Shown: positions 10,086 through 19,768, numbered from the stretch's first letter. The stretch: 47,786 nucleotides of DNA from Sedimentisphaerales bacterium (GCA_016930855.1 JAFGFX010000055.1:1-47786); one strand, 5' to 3'. Numbers and translations: made by a program. Notes: generated from the sequence alone by a model not told the origin.

Positions 10086-11414
10086 CTACACCCTGAAACC
10101 GTCGCGGTATTTCTTGTTGATCAGGATGTCGGCCTCCGGTTCGTTGACGGCCTTCATGTGGGCGGCGTCCCAGCGGATCCTCCGCTGGAGGCGGACGGCC
10201 AGGTTGCCCACCAGCAGGGCCTCGGTGAACGGGGCGGAATACTCGAAGCCGGCCTTGGCCATCTTCGGGTCGTTGGCCTTGCAGGCATCGATCCATTCGG
10301 CGTGGTGGCCGACCGAGCGTTCCAGCATCTGCTGGGGTTTCGGCGTGGCCTTGCGCAGGGATTCCGGCTTGATCACGGGCGTGCCGGCGTGGCTACCGCA
10401 GAGGATGCCGCCCTTGGACCCGACGAAGTAGATCCCGTTGTCGCGGAACTTGAGGCCTTCCATCTCCGGCGGCTCCTTGGGCAGCTTGCCGCCGTCGTAC
10501 CAGGTCATCTTGACCGGCGGCAGATTGCCCCGGGCGGGGAAGTAATAGTGGATGATCGACCATTCCGGGAAGGTCTCGTTGTTGACCTTGCTGGTTTCCG
10601 CCGCCACCGCCTCCGGGGCGCCCAGGTCCAGGCAGAAGAACGCCGGATCGGCGTTGTGCACCGCCATGTCGCCCATCGCCCCGCAGCCGTAGTCCAGCCA
10701 GCCGCGCCATTTGAACGGCACGTACGCCGAGTTGTAGGGCCGGTAGGGGGCCGGTCCCAGCCACAGATCCCAATCCAGGTTGTCCGGCACGGCGGGCGTA
10801 TCGCTGGGTCGATCCACGCCCTGGGGCCACCATCCCTTGGCCCGGTCCGACCAGACGTGCACCTCACGGACCTCGCCGATGGCGCCGCTCTTGATGTATT
10901 CATAGGTCAGCCGCAGTCCCTCGCCGGCGTGGCCCTGGTTGCCCATCTGGGTGACCACCTGGTTGCGGCGGGCCGCGGCGAGCATCTGGCGGCACTCGTA
11001 GATGGTGTGGGCCATCGGCTTTTCCACGTAGACGTGTTTGCCCAGTTCCATCGCCATGATCGCCGCCGGGGCGTGGATATGGTCGGGTGTGGCGACCACC
11101 ACCGCGTCGACGCCGCGTTCCCGTTCCAGCATCCGGCGGAAGTCGCTGTACACCTTGGCCTGGGGAAACGCCTTGAAGGTGTCGCCCGCCCGCCCGTGAT
11201 CCACGTCGCAGAGGGCCACGATGTTTTGGCTCTTGACGTTGTTGATGTCGCCGGCGGCCTGCCCGCCGGCGCCCACGGCGGCGATATTCAGCTTGTCGCT
11301 GGGCGGCGTGTTGCCCGGCCCGCCGAGCACGTGCCGCGGCACGATGGTGAAGACCGCCGCCGAGGCGGCCGCGCCCCGCATGAAATCACGTCGGGAAATC
11401 TTGCCTTGTTTCAT
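10086..11414 (-). CDS. Tat-exported Gfo/Idh/MocA oxidoreductase (tandem paralog 3)
   Basis: SRRDFM signal, VGAGGQA, ATPDHIH, YVEKPM; RBS AAGGAG upstream. Confidence 0.9.
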   Translation of the reverse strand: MKQGKISRRDFMRGAAASAAVFTIVPRHVLGGPGNTPPSDKLNIAAVGAGGQAAGDINNVKSQNIVALCDVDHGRAGDTFKAFPQAKVYSDFRRMLERERGVDAVVVATPDHIHAPAAIMAMELGKHVYVEKPMAHTIYECRQMLAAARRNQVVTQMGNQGHAGEGLRLTYEYIKSGAIGEVREVHVWSDRAKGWWPQGVDRPSDTPAVPDNLDWDLWLGPAPYRPYNSAYVPFKWRGWLDYGCGAMGDMAVHNADPAFFCLDLGAPEAVAAETSKVNNETFPEWSIIHYYFPARGNLPPVKMTWYDGGKLPKEPPEMEGLKFRDNGIYFVGSKGGILCGSHAGTPVIKPESLRKATPKPQQMLERSVGHHAEWIDACKANDPKMAKAGFEYSAPFTEALLVGNLAVRLQRRIRWDAAHMKAVNEPEADILINKKYRDGFRV

Positions 11415-11509
11415 GGGATTCTCCTTTTTTGTCCCGGTCGCAGCGGCGCCGTCGATCCCGGCTCCCGAGGGTTATGTTGTACCGCTGCCGGATTTACGTG
11501 GTGAATCCC

Positions 11510-11538
11510 ATTGTAAAGGCCGCCCCAGGTCTAATCAA
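11510..11538 (-). promoter_or_regulatory. Putative sigma70 promoter of the oxidoreductase/nag cluster
   Basis: Minus strand TTGATT-N17-TACAAT, about 95 bp upstream of the 11414 start. Confidence 0.55.
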
Positions 11539-11987
11539 CGCCAAAAGCCCGCCTCAAATCATCCCGAAATCCTGTCTCGAATCAGCCCAAAATGCCCGAT
11601 CAAATCAAGGCCCAAACGCCGGCAGAGATCAGCCGCCGCCAGGCGAATGTGTCCCGACAGGCCGCCCGGCGGGCAAACGGCAAAAACGGACCAGATAAAA
11701 CATAAGTACTTATTTGATAGAATATTACAATCCATATCGCCGATAGAGCCATCTGGCCCCTTTGCCCCGGACATTTTGGGGCAAAATACCTCAAACCGCC
11801 CTGAGCAAACAGCCGAATCAGATAGGGCGAACTGCGGATATGCCGAAGGAACCTTATCGGATCCTGCTGGCGGCCAGAATGGGCAATATGTTCCTAAGTC
11901 TCGCTGGCATATTGACATATTGATCTGGTGATTTTGGCCGCCGCCGGTTATGATGAGGTTTCCCGGCGTTAAAATGACAAAAAAAAG

Positions 11988-12014
11988 TGTAACAATCGCG
12001 GTCTCGATGGACCT
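11988..12014 (+). promoter_or_regulatory. Putative ECF-type (autoregulatory) promoter
   Basis: A-tract followed by TGTAAC-N15-GGACCT immediately before the ECF sigma gene. AAC-containing -35 elements are typical of ECF promoters; the -10 match is weak. Confidence 0.35.
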
Positions 12015-12031
12015 TACAGGTGTAAAACGGG

Positions 12032-13957
12032 ATGTCGCTCGGTAAGCCACAAGAGTACGTAGAACTGGTAACGAAGGCCCAGGGTGGCGATATCGACAGT
12101 CTGGACCAGTTGGTTTTGCTGGTGCGAAATCCGCTGAAGTCCTATGTGTTTCGGCTGACGTTGCATGAGGACCTGACCCAGGACATAGTGCAGGAGACGT
12201 TGTTGGAGATGTTCAAGGTGCTGGGAAAATTGAACCGGGCGGACCGCCTTTGGCCCTGGTTGTGCAAGATAGCGCTGAACAAGGTCCATCGCCATTATCG
12301 CACGGAAAACCGCCGTAAAACGATACTGAAAGAGCGGATAGAGTATATCCCCATGTCCAGCCAGCAGGAGAAGGGACTCTCCGAATTGGTCGGCCAGGAG
12401 CTTCGGCAGGTGGTCCTGGAGGCGATGAGTCGGTTGAAATTGCGGCAGCGGGAGGTGCTGGCCCTGCGCTGCTACGAGAACCTGGAATATGCCGATATCG
12501 CCGAAGTCATGAAATGCACGGAGTTTAACGCCCGGGTGATGTTTTTCCGGGCCAAGAAGGCCCTCCAGAGACAGCTTTCGCGGAACGGATTCGGCAAGGG
12601 GGCCCTGCTGGGGGCCCTGGTGATCTTTGGCAAGCTGACCGCCCCGAGTCAGGCGTCCGCCCTGAAGCTCTCGGTGGCATCGGCCAGCCTGAAGGTCGGC
12701 GCCGCGGCCAGCGCCGTGGGCTTCGCCGGCTCCGCCGGTGGACTGACCACGATCGCGGCCACGGGGATCCTGACCCTGGGGACGGCCTTGATACTGCCGG
12801 CCCTGCCGGAATCCTGGCCCTTTGGACCGGACGCGGCGGCACCGACCACCCACGCCCAGGCGGATGCCGCCGCGTCCGCCTACGAACAGTACTGGTACTA
12901 TTATCCCCAGTCGGTTCCCGGCCCGGTGATGTTGCGCTATTTGACCACGACCTCCGCCTCGGATAAGGATAAACCGTTCTGTCAGTGGATGCAGAACGAC
13001 TACGGCAATTATTACTACGATCGGCCGAACCGGAGATTGCTGATTCGCAATTATCGCGTCTGGCGGCTCGACGGCCGGGTCTGGCGCCTGCCGACGGATT
13101 CACCGGAACTATGGAGCTTCCTGGACCAGGTGGAAGGGAGCCAAGAATCCTTGGCGCCGATTTCCTACGATGCCTCGGGCAGCGGCTTACTGGTCGCCCT
13201 GACCCGCGAGAAAGGGGCCGAGCCCGCCTACGAGCGGCTGCATCTGCCGCCCAATTTATTGGACGAGTTGTGGTTTCGGTACAACTGGCCCACGCCGGTC
13301 CGGGTCGAGGACCAGCGAAGCCTGCTGCATCAGCGGGGATGGTGCTGGATCGTGATTTCGGGACAGATTGCCGGTGAACCGGTTTCCGGAGTAGGGAGAA
13401 TGCCCTTTGTCTACGATGCCTACAAGAGCCATCCGCCTTATTTGCAGTTGGCCATCTCCGACCGGTTGCAGATCGTGGACACCCCGGCGGCAGCGGCCAT
13501 CCGGGATGCCGACGGGCAGGTGTTGGCGGCCTGCCCGTCGGAGAGTTTTTGGGCCGGATTCTGCCGGCCCTGGATGGGCCTGCATACCCTGGATCTGATC
13601 CGCCGGGATGCCGCCGCCCAGCGGATTGCCTTCCAAACCGTCATCCGGAACGGAGACGATGCCGGCCGGGTGAGTCTCCATCCGCCGCAGGGCCAAATCG
13701 ACTATGAGATCGACATGACGAACGACTGGATCAATTCGATCACCTTCGAATTTGAGCGGGACGGTGGGGTGCGCCGGGGGGAACTGCATTTTGAATATCT
13801 GGGAGAGACAGATCCGGTCGGCGCCGGATATACCGAACCACAGATTCGCATTCCGGATGCGGATTCCCTCTGGGAGCGACCCGGTCTGATGTGGTTGGTA
13901 TATCTGGCGGAGGGCAATGTCGCCCGGCGGGACGCGAACCCGCCGGCGGGTCGTTGA
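12032..13957 (+). CDS. ECF sigma factor with transmembrane segment and large C-terminal extension
   Basis: Region 2 (DIVQETLLEMF..LWPWLCKIALNK) and region 4 (LKLRQREVLALRCYENLEYADIAEVM..ARVMFFRAKKAL), then an Ala/Gly-rich hydrophobic stretch and about 370 aa of unknown domain. Confidence 0.85.
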   Translation: MSLGKPQEYVELVTKAQGGDIDSLDQLVLLVRNPLKSYVFRLTLHEDLTQDIVQETLLEMFKVLGKLNRADRLWPWLCKIALNKVHRHYRTENRRKTILKERIEYIPMSSQQEKGLSELVGQELRQVVLEAMSRLKLRQREVLALRCYENLEYADIAEVMKCTEFNARVMFFRAKKALQRQLSRNGFGKGALLGALVIFGKLTAPSQASALKLSVASASLKVGAAASAVGFAGSAGGLTTIAATGILTLGTALILPALPESWPFGPDAAAPTTHAQADAAASAYEQYWYYYPQSVPGPVMLRYLTTTSASDKDKPFCQWMQNDYGNYYYDRPNRRLLIRNYRVWRLDGRVWRLPTDSPELWSFLDQVEGSQESLAPISYDASGSGLLVALTREKGAEPAYERLHLPPNLLDELWFRYNWPTPVRVEDQRSLLHQRGWCWIVISGQIAGEPVSGVGRMPFVYDAYKSHPPYLQLAISDRLQIVDTPAAAAIRDADGQVLAACPSESFWAGFCRPWMGLHTLDLIRRDAAAQRIAFQTVIRNGDDAGRVSLHPPQGQIDYEIDMTNDWINSITFEFERDGGVRRGELHFEYLGETDPVGAGYTEPQIRIPDADSLWERPGLMWLVYLAEGNVARRDANPPAGR

Positions 13958-14074
13958 TCGAACCATTCCGGTCATACCAATGGCGGCCGATGCGCCGCCG
14001 GCCGGGGAAAGACAAGCGACGGCGGCCGACAGGTTGCCGGGGGATAACAGCCGAAGGCAGAAAGGCTCGGCGTA

Positions 14075-15676
14075 TTGAATCGGGTAGGGAGAAAAGCATT
14101 TTTTGGGATCGCGGTCTGGTGTCTGGCGACACCATTCCTCATCCTCGCCGTGGACAGCAAGGGGGTCGAAGGGATTGAACCGCCGATGCCGATTGCCCAT
14201 TGGCGGTTGAACGAGTCCGACGGATCGGTGGCGGCCGACGCTACCGGTCTGGCGGACGGCGTTTTGGGGGGCAATCCCCGGTGGCAGCCGCACGGCGGAC
14301 GGATCGGGGGCTGCCTGGAGTTCGACGGGACGGGCGATTACGTCGATTGCGGCGTCAACAACCTGTTCCAGATTACTGGTCCGATCACCGTGTGCGCCTG
14401 GGTGCGGGCCTGGGGTTTCAGTGGGGAGGGCCAGACGATTCTCGCCAAGGGCACGACCGCCTGGCAATTGGAGTGTTACAATCCGGCCGATCATGCCTGC
14501 CGCTGGATCTGCAACGGGCTGACCGGCCCCAACGGGGGCATCTTGCAGGCGACCCAATCCCTCGACGATGGCCAATGGCACCATGTCGCCGGCGTGTACG
14601 ACGGGACGCATATGTACCTATACCTGGACGGTCAGCTCGATGCCTCCCAGGAGGCCGCCGGCTCGATCCAGACCAATAGCGCCCCGATCTGGATCGCTTC
14701 CAACTCCCTGGCGACCGATCGGGAATGGTTCGGCAGGATCGACGACGCCCGCATCTATGATTGCGCCCTGATGGCGGACCAGATCAAGCTGCTGGCGCAT
14801 CGGACGATTCACGTGGACGGCGACGGCGGCGATGACGAACAGCATGACGGCAGCAGCCGGTCCGAGGCGTTCCGCACCATTCAAAAGGGCATCGACGTCA
14901 GCGCCGACGGCGATACGGTGCTGGTCTGGCCGGGGATCTACAGCACGATCGGCGAGGAAGTGATCATGTTCCACGGCAAGGCCATCACGGTCCGCAGCGC
15001 CGAGGACCCGGCCATCCTGGAGGCGTGGAACAATTATGTCGCCGTATTTCACTCGGCGGAGACCCGCCAGAGCGTCCTGGAGAACTTCGTCATCACCAAC
15101 GCCATCGGGGGGATATTTTGTCTGGACGCCTCGCCGACCCTGCGCCACCTGACCGTGGTGAACAACGGCATCGGCCTGGAGGCCTGGGGTCCGTCGGTCC
15201 CCTTGGTTCGCAGCAGCATCTTCTGGAAGAACGTGTATGGGGACGTCTTCAATTTCTCCAGCCTGTGCGACGTGCAATACAGTTGCCTGGAGCGGGGACA
15301 CGAAGGCCAGGGCAATCATTCCCTGGCGCCGGGTTTCGTCAACGACAGCAGCCCGAATCCCTATGCCCGCGATTATCACCTGCGTTCCCAGCGCGGCCGC
15401 TTTTTGCCCGAGGCGATGGGCGAGGATCAGGGCATTTGGATCCTCGACGACGTCTCGAGCGCCTGCCTGGACCAGGGCGATCCGGAGGTCCGCCCCGAGC
15501 GCGAACCGTCGCCGAACGGCGGCCGGGTGAATATGGGGGCCTACGGCAACACCCCCTATGCCAGTCGCAGCGACTGGACGCTGCCGGGCGACATCAACCA
15601 GGACGGCATCGTCAATCTGCCGGATTACGCTATTATGATCCGGCACTGGCTGGAATCCTTCGGGTGGTATGACTAG
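14075..15676 (+). CDS. Secreted LamG-like + parallel beta-helix protein with C-terminal dockerin-like motif
   Basis: Signal peptide; AHWRLNE..LEFDGTGDYV..QWHHVAGVYDG..GRIDDARIYD (LamG); AFRTIQKGID..VLVWPGIY; GRVNMGAYG; GDINQDGIVNLPDYAIMIRHWL. Confidence 0.8.
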   Translation: MNRVGRKAFFGIAVWCLATPFLILAVDSKGVEGIEPPMPIAHWRLNESDGSVAADATGLADGVLGGNPRWQPHGGRIGGCLEFDGTGDYVDCGVNNLFQITGPITVCAWVRAWGFSGEGQTILAKGTTAWQLECYNPADHACRWICNGLTGPNGGILQATQSLDDGQWHHVAGVYDGTHMYLYLDGQLDASQEAAGSIQTNSAPIWIASNSLATDREWFGRIDDARIYDCALMADQIKLLAHRTIHVDGDGGDDEQHDGSSRSEAFRTIQKGIDVSADGDTVLVWPGIYSTIGEEVIMFHGKAITVRSAEDPAILEAWNNYVAVFHSAETRQSVLENFVITNAIGGIFCLDASPTLRHLTVVNNGIGLEAWGPSVPLVRSSIFWKNVYGDVFNFSSLCDVQYSCLERGHEGQGNHSLAPGFVNDSSPNPYARDYHLRSQRGRFLPEAMGEDQGIWILDDVSSACLDQGDPEVRPEREPSPNGGRVNMGAYGNTPYASRSDWTLPGDINQDGIVNLPDYAIMIRHWLESFGWYD

Positions 15677-15870
15677 TACCGCCAGTCGTATGGGGACAAG
15701 GGACAAAGGGCGGTTCCCGGTCCTGGTCATTTCCCTTCCTGAGTCCGATCCGAATTCCATTCCCGCAATCGTTCCATTTATATTGTATCGTTATGCGCCG
15801 AATGGTTCGCGAACCGGGGCGGCGATCCGGACGTGCCGCGGTGGGATCATTGATATTCGGGCAGAACGCA

Positions 15871-15954
15871 GAGAAAAATCGTTTGGGCAGACGGGCAAAT
15901 TGGGGCAGCCGGGGGGGGCAATTTGGCCGGCTGGGGTCCCGAACGATTTTTCTC
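15871..15954. repeat. 84-bp imperfect palindrome in the intergenic region
   Basis: GAGAAAAATCGTTTGGG / CCCGAACGATTTTTCTC (16 of 17 complementary) with inner arms CAGACGGGCAAATTG / CAATTTGGCCGGCTG. Confidence 0.75.
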
Positions 15955-16067
15955 GTCGCCGATCCACTGTCATATATCCAGTTACTTTGTGTTGCACTTG
16001 GAAGTTGAATCCGCTAAATGATTTTCTTGCCGGGCAGGTATCCGCCAGACGCTGGCAGGCGGGAACA

Positions 16068-17069
16068 ATGATACGACTGGGACACATCGAGTTGGCCGAG
16101 CCGGTGATCCAGGCGCCGTTGAGCGGCTATTCGGACTGGGCCATGCGGCGAATCGCCCGGCGGTTTGGGGCGCCGCTAACCTTTTCCGGGTTGATGCTGG
16201 ACCGGTCCGTCCTGCATCCGAGGGCCTGGCGGCAGGGGGTTTATTACCTGGACGCCGACGAAGCGCCGATCGGCGGGCAACTGCTGGGCAACGATCCGGA
16301 GACGATGGCCCGGGCGGCCCGGGTCATGCAGGAGAAGGGCTATGATCTGATCGACATCAATTTCGCCTGCCCGGCGCCCAAGGTGATTGCCCGCCGCCGG
16401 GGCGGATACCTCTTGCAGCAGCCCGCCCTCGCCGGCGAGATCGTCCGCCAGGTCCGCGGCGCCGTCTCGCTGCCGGTCACCCTGAAGCTGCGCAGTTCGT
16501 TCTATCAGGGCGACCAGGAAAAGGAGCACTTCTGGCGGATCTGCGAGCAGGCGGTCGCTGCCGGCGTCGAGGCCCTGATCGTCCACGGCCGCTCGGTGGA
16601 GCAGCGCTACCGCGATCCGGCCGACTGGCGGATCATCCGGCAGGTCAAGCGGCGCTTCGCCGACACGTTGGTGTTCGGCAGCGGTGATTTGCACACCGCC
16701 GAGGATGCCCTCGAACGGCGGCAAGACAGCGGCGCCGACGGCGTGATCATCGCCCGGGGGGCGATCGGCAATCCCTGGATCTTTCCGGAACTGCGGGCCC
16801 TGCTGGCCGGATCAGCCAAGCCGCCACCGCCCGAACCGGCGCAGGTCGGCCGCATCATGGAGGACCATTTCGACCTGGTGCTGCGGCTGCACGAACGGCG
16901 CAAGGTGATCGCCTATTTCCGCAAGTTCTGCGTAGGCTACTGCCGCCGCCACCCCCGCCGCCGGCGGGTGTTGCCGATCCTGCTGGCGGCCCGCACCGAG
17001 GATGAGCTCCGCGAGGCGATCCGGAAATGGTTTTACCAGGATTCCGACACGGCCGCCGACGACACGTGA
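16068..17069 (+). CDS. dusB: tRNA-dihydrouridine synthase (DusB-like)
   Basis: QAPLSGYSD, IDINFACPAPKV, VHGRS, GSGDL, IIARGAIGNPWIF. Start MIRLG at 16068; the ORF-track start at 15669 is over-extended. Confidence 0.85.
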   Translation: MIRLGHIELAEPVIQAPLSGYSDWAMRRIARRFGAPLTFSGLMLDRSVLHPRAWRQGVYYLDADEAPIGGQLLGNDPETMARAARVMQEKGYDLIDINFACPAPKVIARRRGGYLLQQPALAGEIVRQVRGAVSLPVTLKLRSSFYQGDQEKEHFWRICEQAVAAGVEALIVHGRSVEQRYRDPADWRIIRQVKRRFADTLVFGSGDLHTAEDALERRQDSGADGVIIARGAIGNPWIFPELRALLAGSAKPPPPEPAQVGRIMEDHFDLVLRLHERRKVIAYFRKFCVGYCRRHPRRRRVLPILLAARTEDELREAIRKWFYQDSDTAADDT

Positions 17070-17150
17070 ACGCCGTCGTTTGAATTCGGCCAAGGGGATC
17101 GTCAAACCGGCGGGGAGGGCGGGAGTGCTTCGGTCGCCATTAATGAGATA

Positions 17151-18026
17151 TTATCGATCTAAAAAAGATCGCATGGCGGCGATGTGATCGGCCGTCGTGC
17201 CGCAGCAGCCGCCCACGATGTTTGCCCCGGCCTCCAGCAACTGGCCCAGCTTCTCGGCCATCTCCCGCGGCGTGGCCTTGAAGACGGTTCGATCCTGCTC
17301 GATCACGGGCAGCCCGGCGTTCGGCTGCATCATCAGGTACTTGTCCGTGGCGCTACGGAATTCGCGGCACACCTCGATCATCTGCTCCATGCCCCCGCCG
17401 CAGTTGCTGCCCAGGATGTTGGCCTCTCCCAGCTCGCGGGCCACCTGCGCGCAGCTGACGCCCATCAGCGTGCGGTAATCCCCCCGCACGCCCTTCTCGA
17501 AGGTGAAGGTCACGATGACCGGCAGGTCGCAGACATCCTTCGCCGCCCGCAGGGCCGCGCGGGCCTCCTCCAGGGCCATCATGGTCTCGATGCAGATGAC
17601 GTCGGCGCCGCCGGCGGCCAGGGCGGCGATCTGCTCGGCGAAGGCCTCGGTCACCTCCGTTTCGCGGGCCGGACCCAGCGGCTCCAGCAGCACGCCCGTG
17701 GGGCCGACCGAACCGGCGACGAAGTGATCGTCTCCGGCGGCGCGGCGGGCGATCTCGGCCGCCCGGCGGTTCAGTTCCGTGATCCGGTCGGCCAGGCCGT
17801 AGTGTTTTTGCTTGTAGCGGGTGCCGCCGAAGCTGTTGGTCTCGATCAGGTCGCTGCCGGCGGCGATGTAGTCGGCGCTAATCTGCTCGACCGCCTCCGG
17901 ATGGTCCAGGTTCCAGCGCTCCGGATTGTCCCCGGGGGCCAGGCCCCGCTGCTGCAGGGCGGTTCCCATGGCGCCGTCCGAAAGTAATATGCGTCCCGCC
18001 TTCAGTGCTTCCAGGATGGAGTCCAT
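17151..18026 (-). CDS. Stand-alone homocysteine S-methyltransferase domain (MetH N-terminal-like)
   Basis: LSDGAMGT, IETNSFG, GSVGPTG, GSNC, QPNAGLP, GGCCGTT Zn-binding motifs; start MDSIL at 18026. Confidence 0.85.
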   Translation of the reverse strand: MDSILEALKAGRILLSDGAMGTALQQRGLAPGDNPERWNLDHPEAVEQISADYIAAGSDLIETNSFGGTRYKQKHYGLADRITELNRRAAEIARRAAGDDHFVAGSVGPTGVLLEPLGPARETEVTEAFAEQIAALAAGGADVICIETMMALEEARAALRAAKDVCDLPVIVTFTFEKGVRGDYRTLMGVSCAQVARELGEANILGSNCGGGMEQMIEVCREFRSATDKYLMMQPNAGLPVIEQDRTVFKATPREMAEKLGQLLEAGANIVGGCCGTTADHIAAMRSFLDR

Positions 18027-18223
18027 GGCATATCCTCGTTTGTATCGTGTTATGGTTTCCAGGTGGCAGTTGCCGCCGTTCGGAGACCTTCTCAACCGTG
18101 CGGCCGGTCGTTCGGCTGTCCGGCCAGTTTACAGTATCGTAGGGTCCGCGATGGGCGTTTCCCAGAAAAATTTCAGCGGAAGCCCTTGGATTTGCCGGCG
18201 GGTATGGTACAGTAGCGCCCATC

Positions 18224-19768
18224 ATGACGTATCTGACCGCCGTGATTCAAGTGAAAGAACCGGACCGGATGGAGGCCGCCTGCCGCCAGGCCGCCCAGGA
18301 GGGCGCCCAGATGCTGGAGCTGCGCCTGGACTATCTGGACGACCCGGACGTCGAGACCGTCCGGCGGGTGGTGCAGGCGGCCGGCCAGATTCTCCTGCCG
18401 CGGATCGCCACCTGTCGGGCGAACTGGGAAGGGGGACACTTCCCCCACAGCGAGTCGCAGCGCTGCGCGTGCATCGGCGCCGCCCTGGACGCCGGCGCCG
18501 AGTACGTGGATATCGAGCTGGCCGGCCTGGATCGGCCGGACAATCCCCTGGCCGAGCTGCTGGCCAAACACGCGGACCGCGTCATCCTGAGCAGTCACGA
18601 TTTCGAGGGCAAACCCGCTAATATCCCCGAGCTTCAGGACGCCATCCGCCGTCGCTGTTGCGCCGTGGGCAAGATCGCCTACGCCGCCGCCGAGATCGCC
18701 GACGGCTTCGACGCCCTCGATGTCCTGGGCCGCTGCGGCGCGGGCGAGGCCTGGATCAGCCTGGCGATGGGCGAGGCGGGACTGATCAGCCGCGTGCTGG
18801 CCAAGAAGCTGGGGGCGTTTCTGTCCTTTGCCAGCCTGGCGGCCGGGGGCGAGTCCGCGCCGGGCCAGTGCACCGTTCGGCAGATGCGGGAGATCTATCG
18901 CTGGGACGCCCTCGATACCGATACGGCGGTCTGCGGCGTGCTGGGCAATCCCATCAGCCATTCGCTTAGCCCCGCGGTGCACAACGCCGCCTTTACCGAG
19001 GTGGGCTTCAACGGGGTGTATCTGCCGTTCCGGGTGGCCTCGCCCTGGAACAAGTTTAGGGGATTCCTCGACGGCCTGCGGCAACGGCGCTGGCTGGACG
19101 TGCGGGGCCTGAGCGTGACCATCCCGCACAAGCACAACGCCCTGCAATACATCCAGGAGAACGGCGGGATTCTGGAGCCGCTGGCGGGAAAGATCGGGGC
19201 GGTCAATACGCTGGTGTGGGATGCCGACGGCCGGATGTATGGCTACAACACCGATTACGCCGGCGCGCTGGATGCGATCACGCAGTCGCTGGGAATGGAA
19301 CGCGGCGATTTGCGGGGGATGCCGGCGGCGATCATCGGCGCCGGCGGCGTGGGGCGGGCCCTGGCGGCGGGTCTGACGGACGTCGGCTGCAAGGTGACGA
19401 TCTACAACCGTACGGTGGAGAAGGCCCAGAGTCTGGCCCAGGAGTTTGCCTGCGACTATGCGGGCCTGGACGAGCTGGGCCGCCTGGATGCCAAGCTGGT
19501 GGTCAATGCCACCCGGGTGGGCATGTACCCCCAGGTGGACGCCTCGCCGCTGCCCCGGCGGTGTCTGCGGCGGGAGCTGATCGTGTTCGACACGGTGTAT
19601 AACCCGGCCCGGACGCTCCTGTTGCGCCAGGCCGCCGACGTGGGGGCCACCGTGGTGGACGGCGTGAGCATGTTCGTCAACCAGGCGGCCGGGCAGTTTT
19701 CCCTATTCTCTGGCCGGGAGGCGCCGCGGGCTATCATGCGGGCCGTTCTGGAGAAGCATCTGTTTTAA
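18224..19768 (+). CDS. aroE: Bifunctional type I 3-dehydroquinate dehydratase / shikimate dehydrogenase
   Basis: N-half: ELRLDYL, IATCR..WEGG, YVDIEL, SSHDF, AMGEAGLISR, SAPGQ. C-half: HSLSPAVHN, SVTIPHK, GAVNT, NTD, GAGGVG, DTVYNP. Confidence 0.9.
   Translation: MTYLTAVIQVKEPDRMEAACRQAAQEGAQMLELRLDYLDDPDVETVRRVVQAAGQILLPRIATCRANWEGGHFPHSESQRCACIGAALDAGAEYVDIELAGLDRPDNPLAELLAKHADRVILSSHDFEGKPANIPELQDAIRRRCCAVGKIAYAAAEIADGFDALDVLGRCGAGEAWISLAMGEAGLISRVLAKKLGAFLSFASLAAGGESAPGQCTVRQMREIYRWDALDTDTAVCGVLGNPISHSLSPAVHNAAFTEVGFNGVYLPFRVASPWNKFRGFLDGLRQRRWLDVRGLSVTIPHKHNALQYIQENGGILEPLAGKIGAVNTLVWDADGRMYGYNTDYAGALDAITQSLGMERGDLRGMPAAIIGAGGVGRALAAGLTDVGCKVTIYNRTVEKAQSLAQEFACDYAGLDELGRLDAKLVVNATRVGMYPQVDASPLPRRCLRRELIVFDTVYNPARTLLLRQAADVGATVVDGVSMFVNQAAGQFSLFSGREAPRAIMRAVLEKHLF

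Noticed and set aside
15669-16067. N-terminal extension of Dus in the ORF track (likewise dxr to 42608 and DUF1080 to 7145)
   Set aside because: The extensions run through intergenic palindromes or overlap real genes; family homology begins at later starts.
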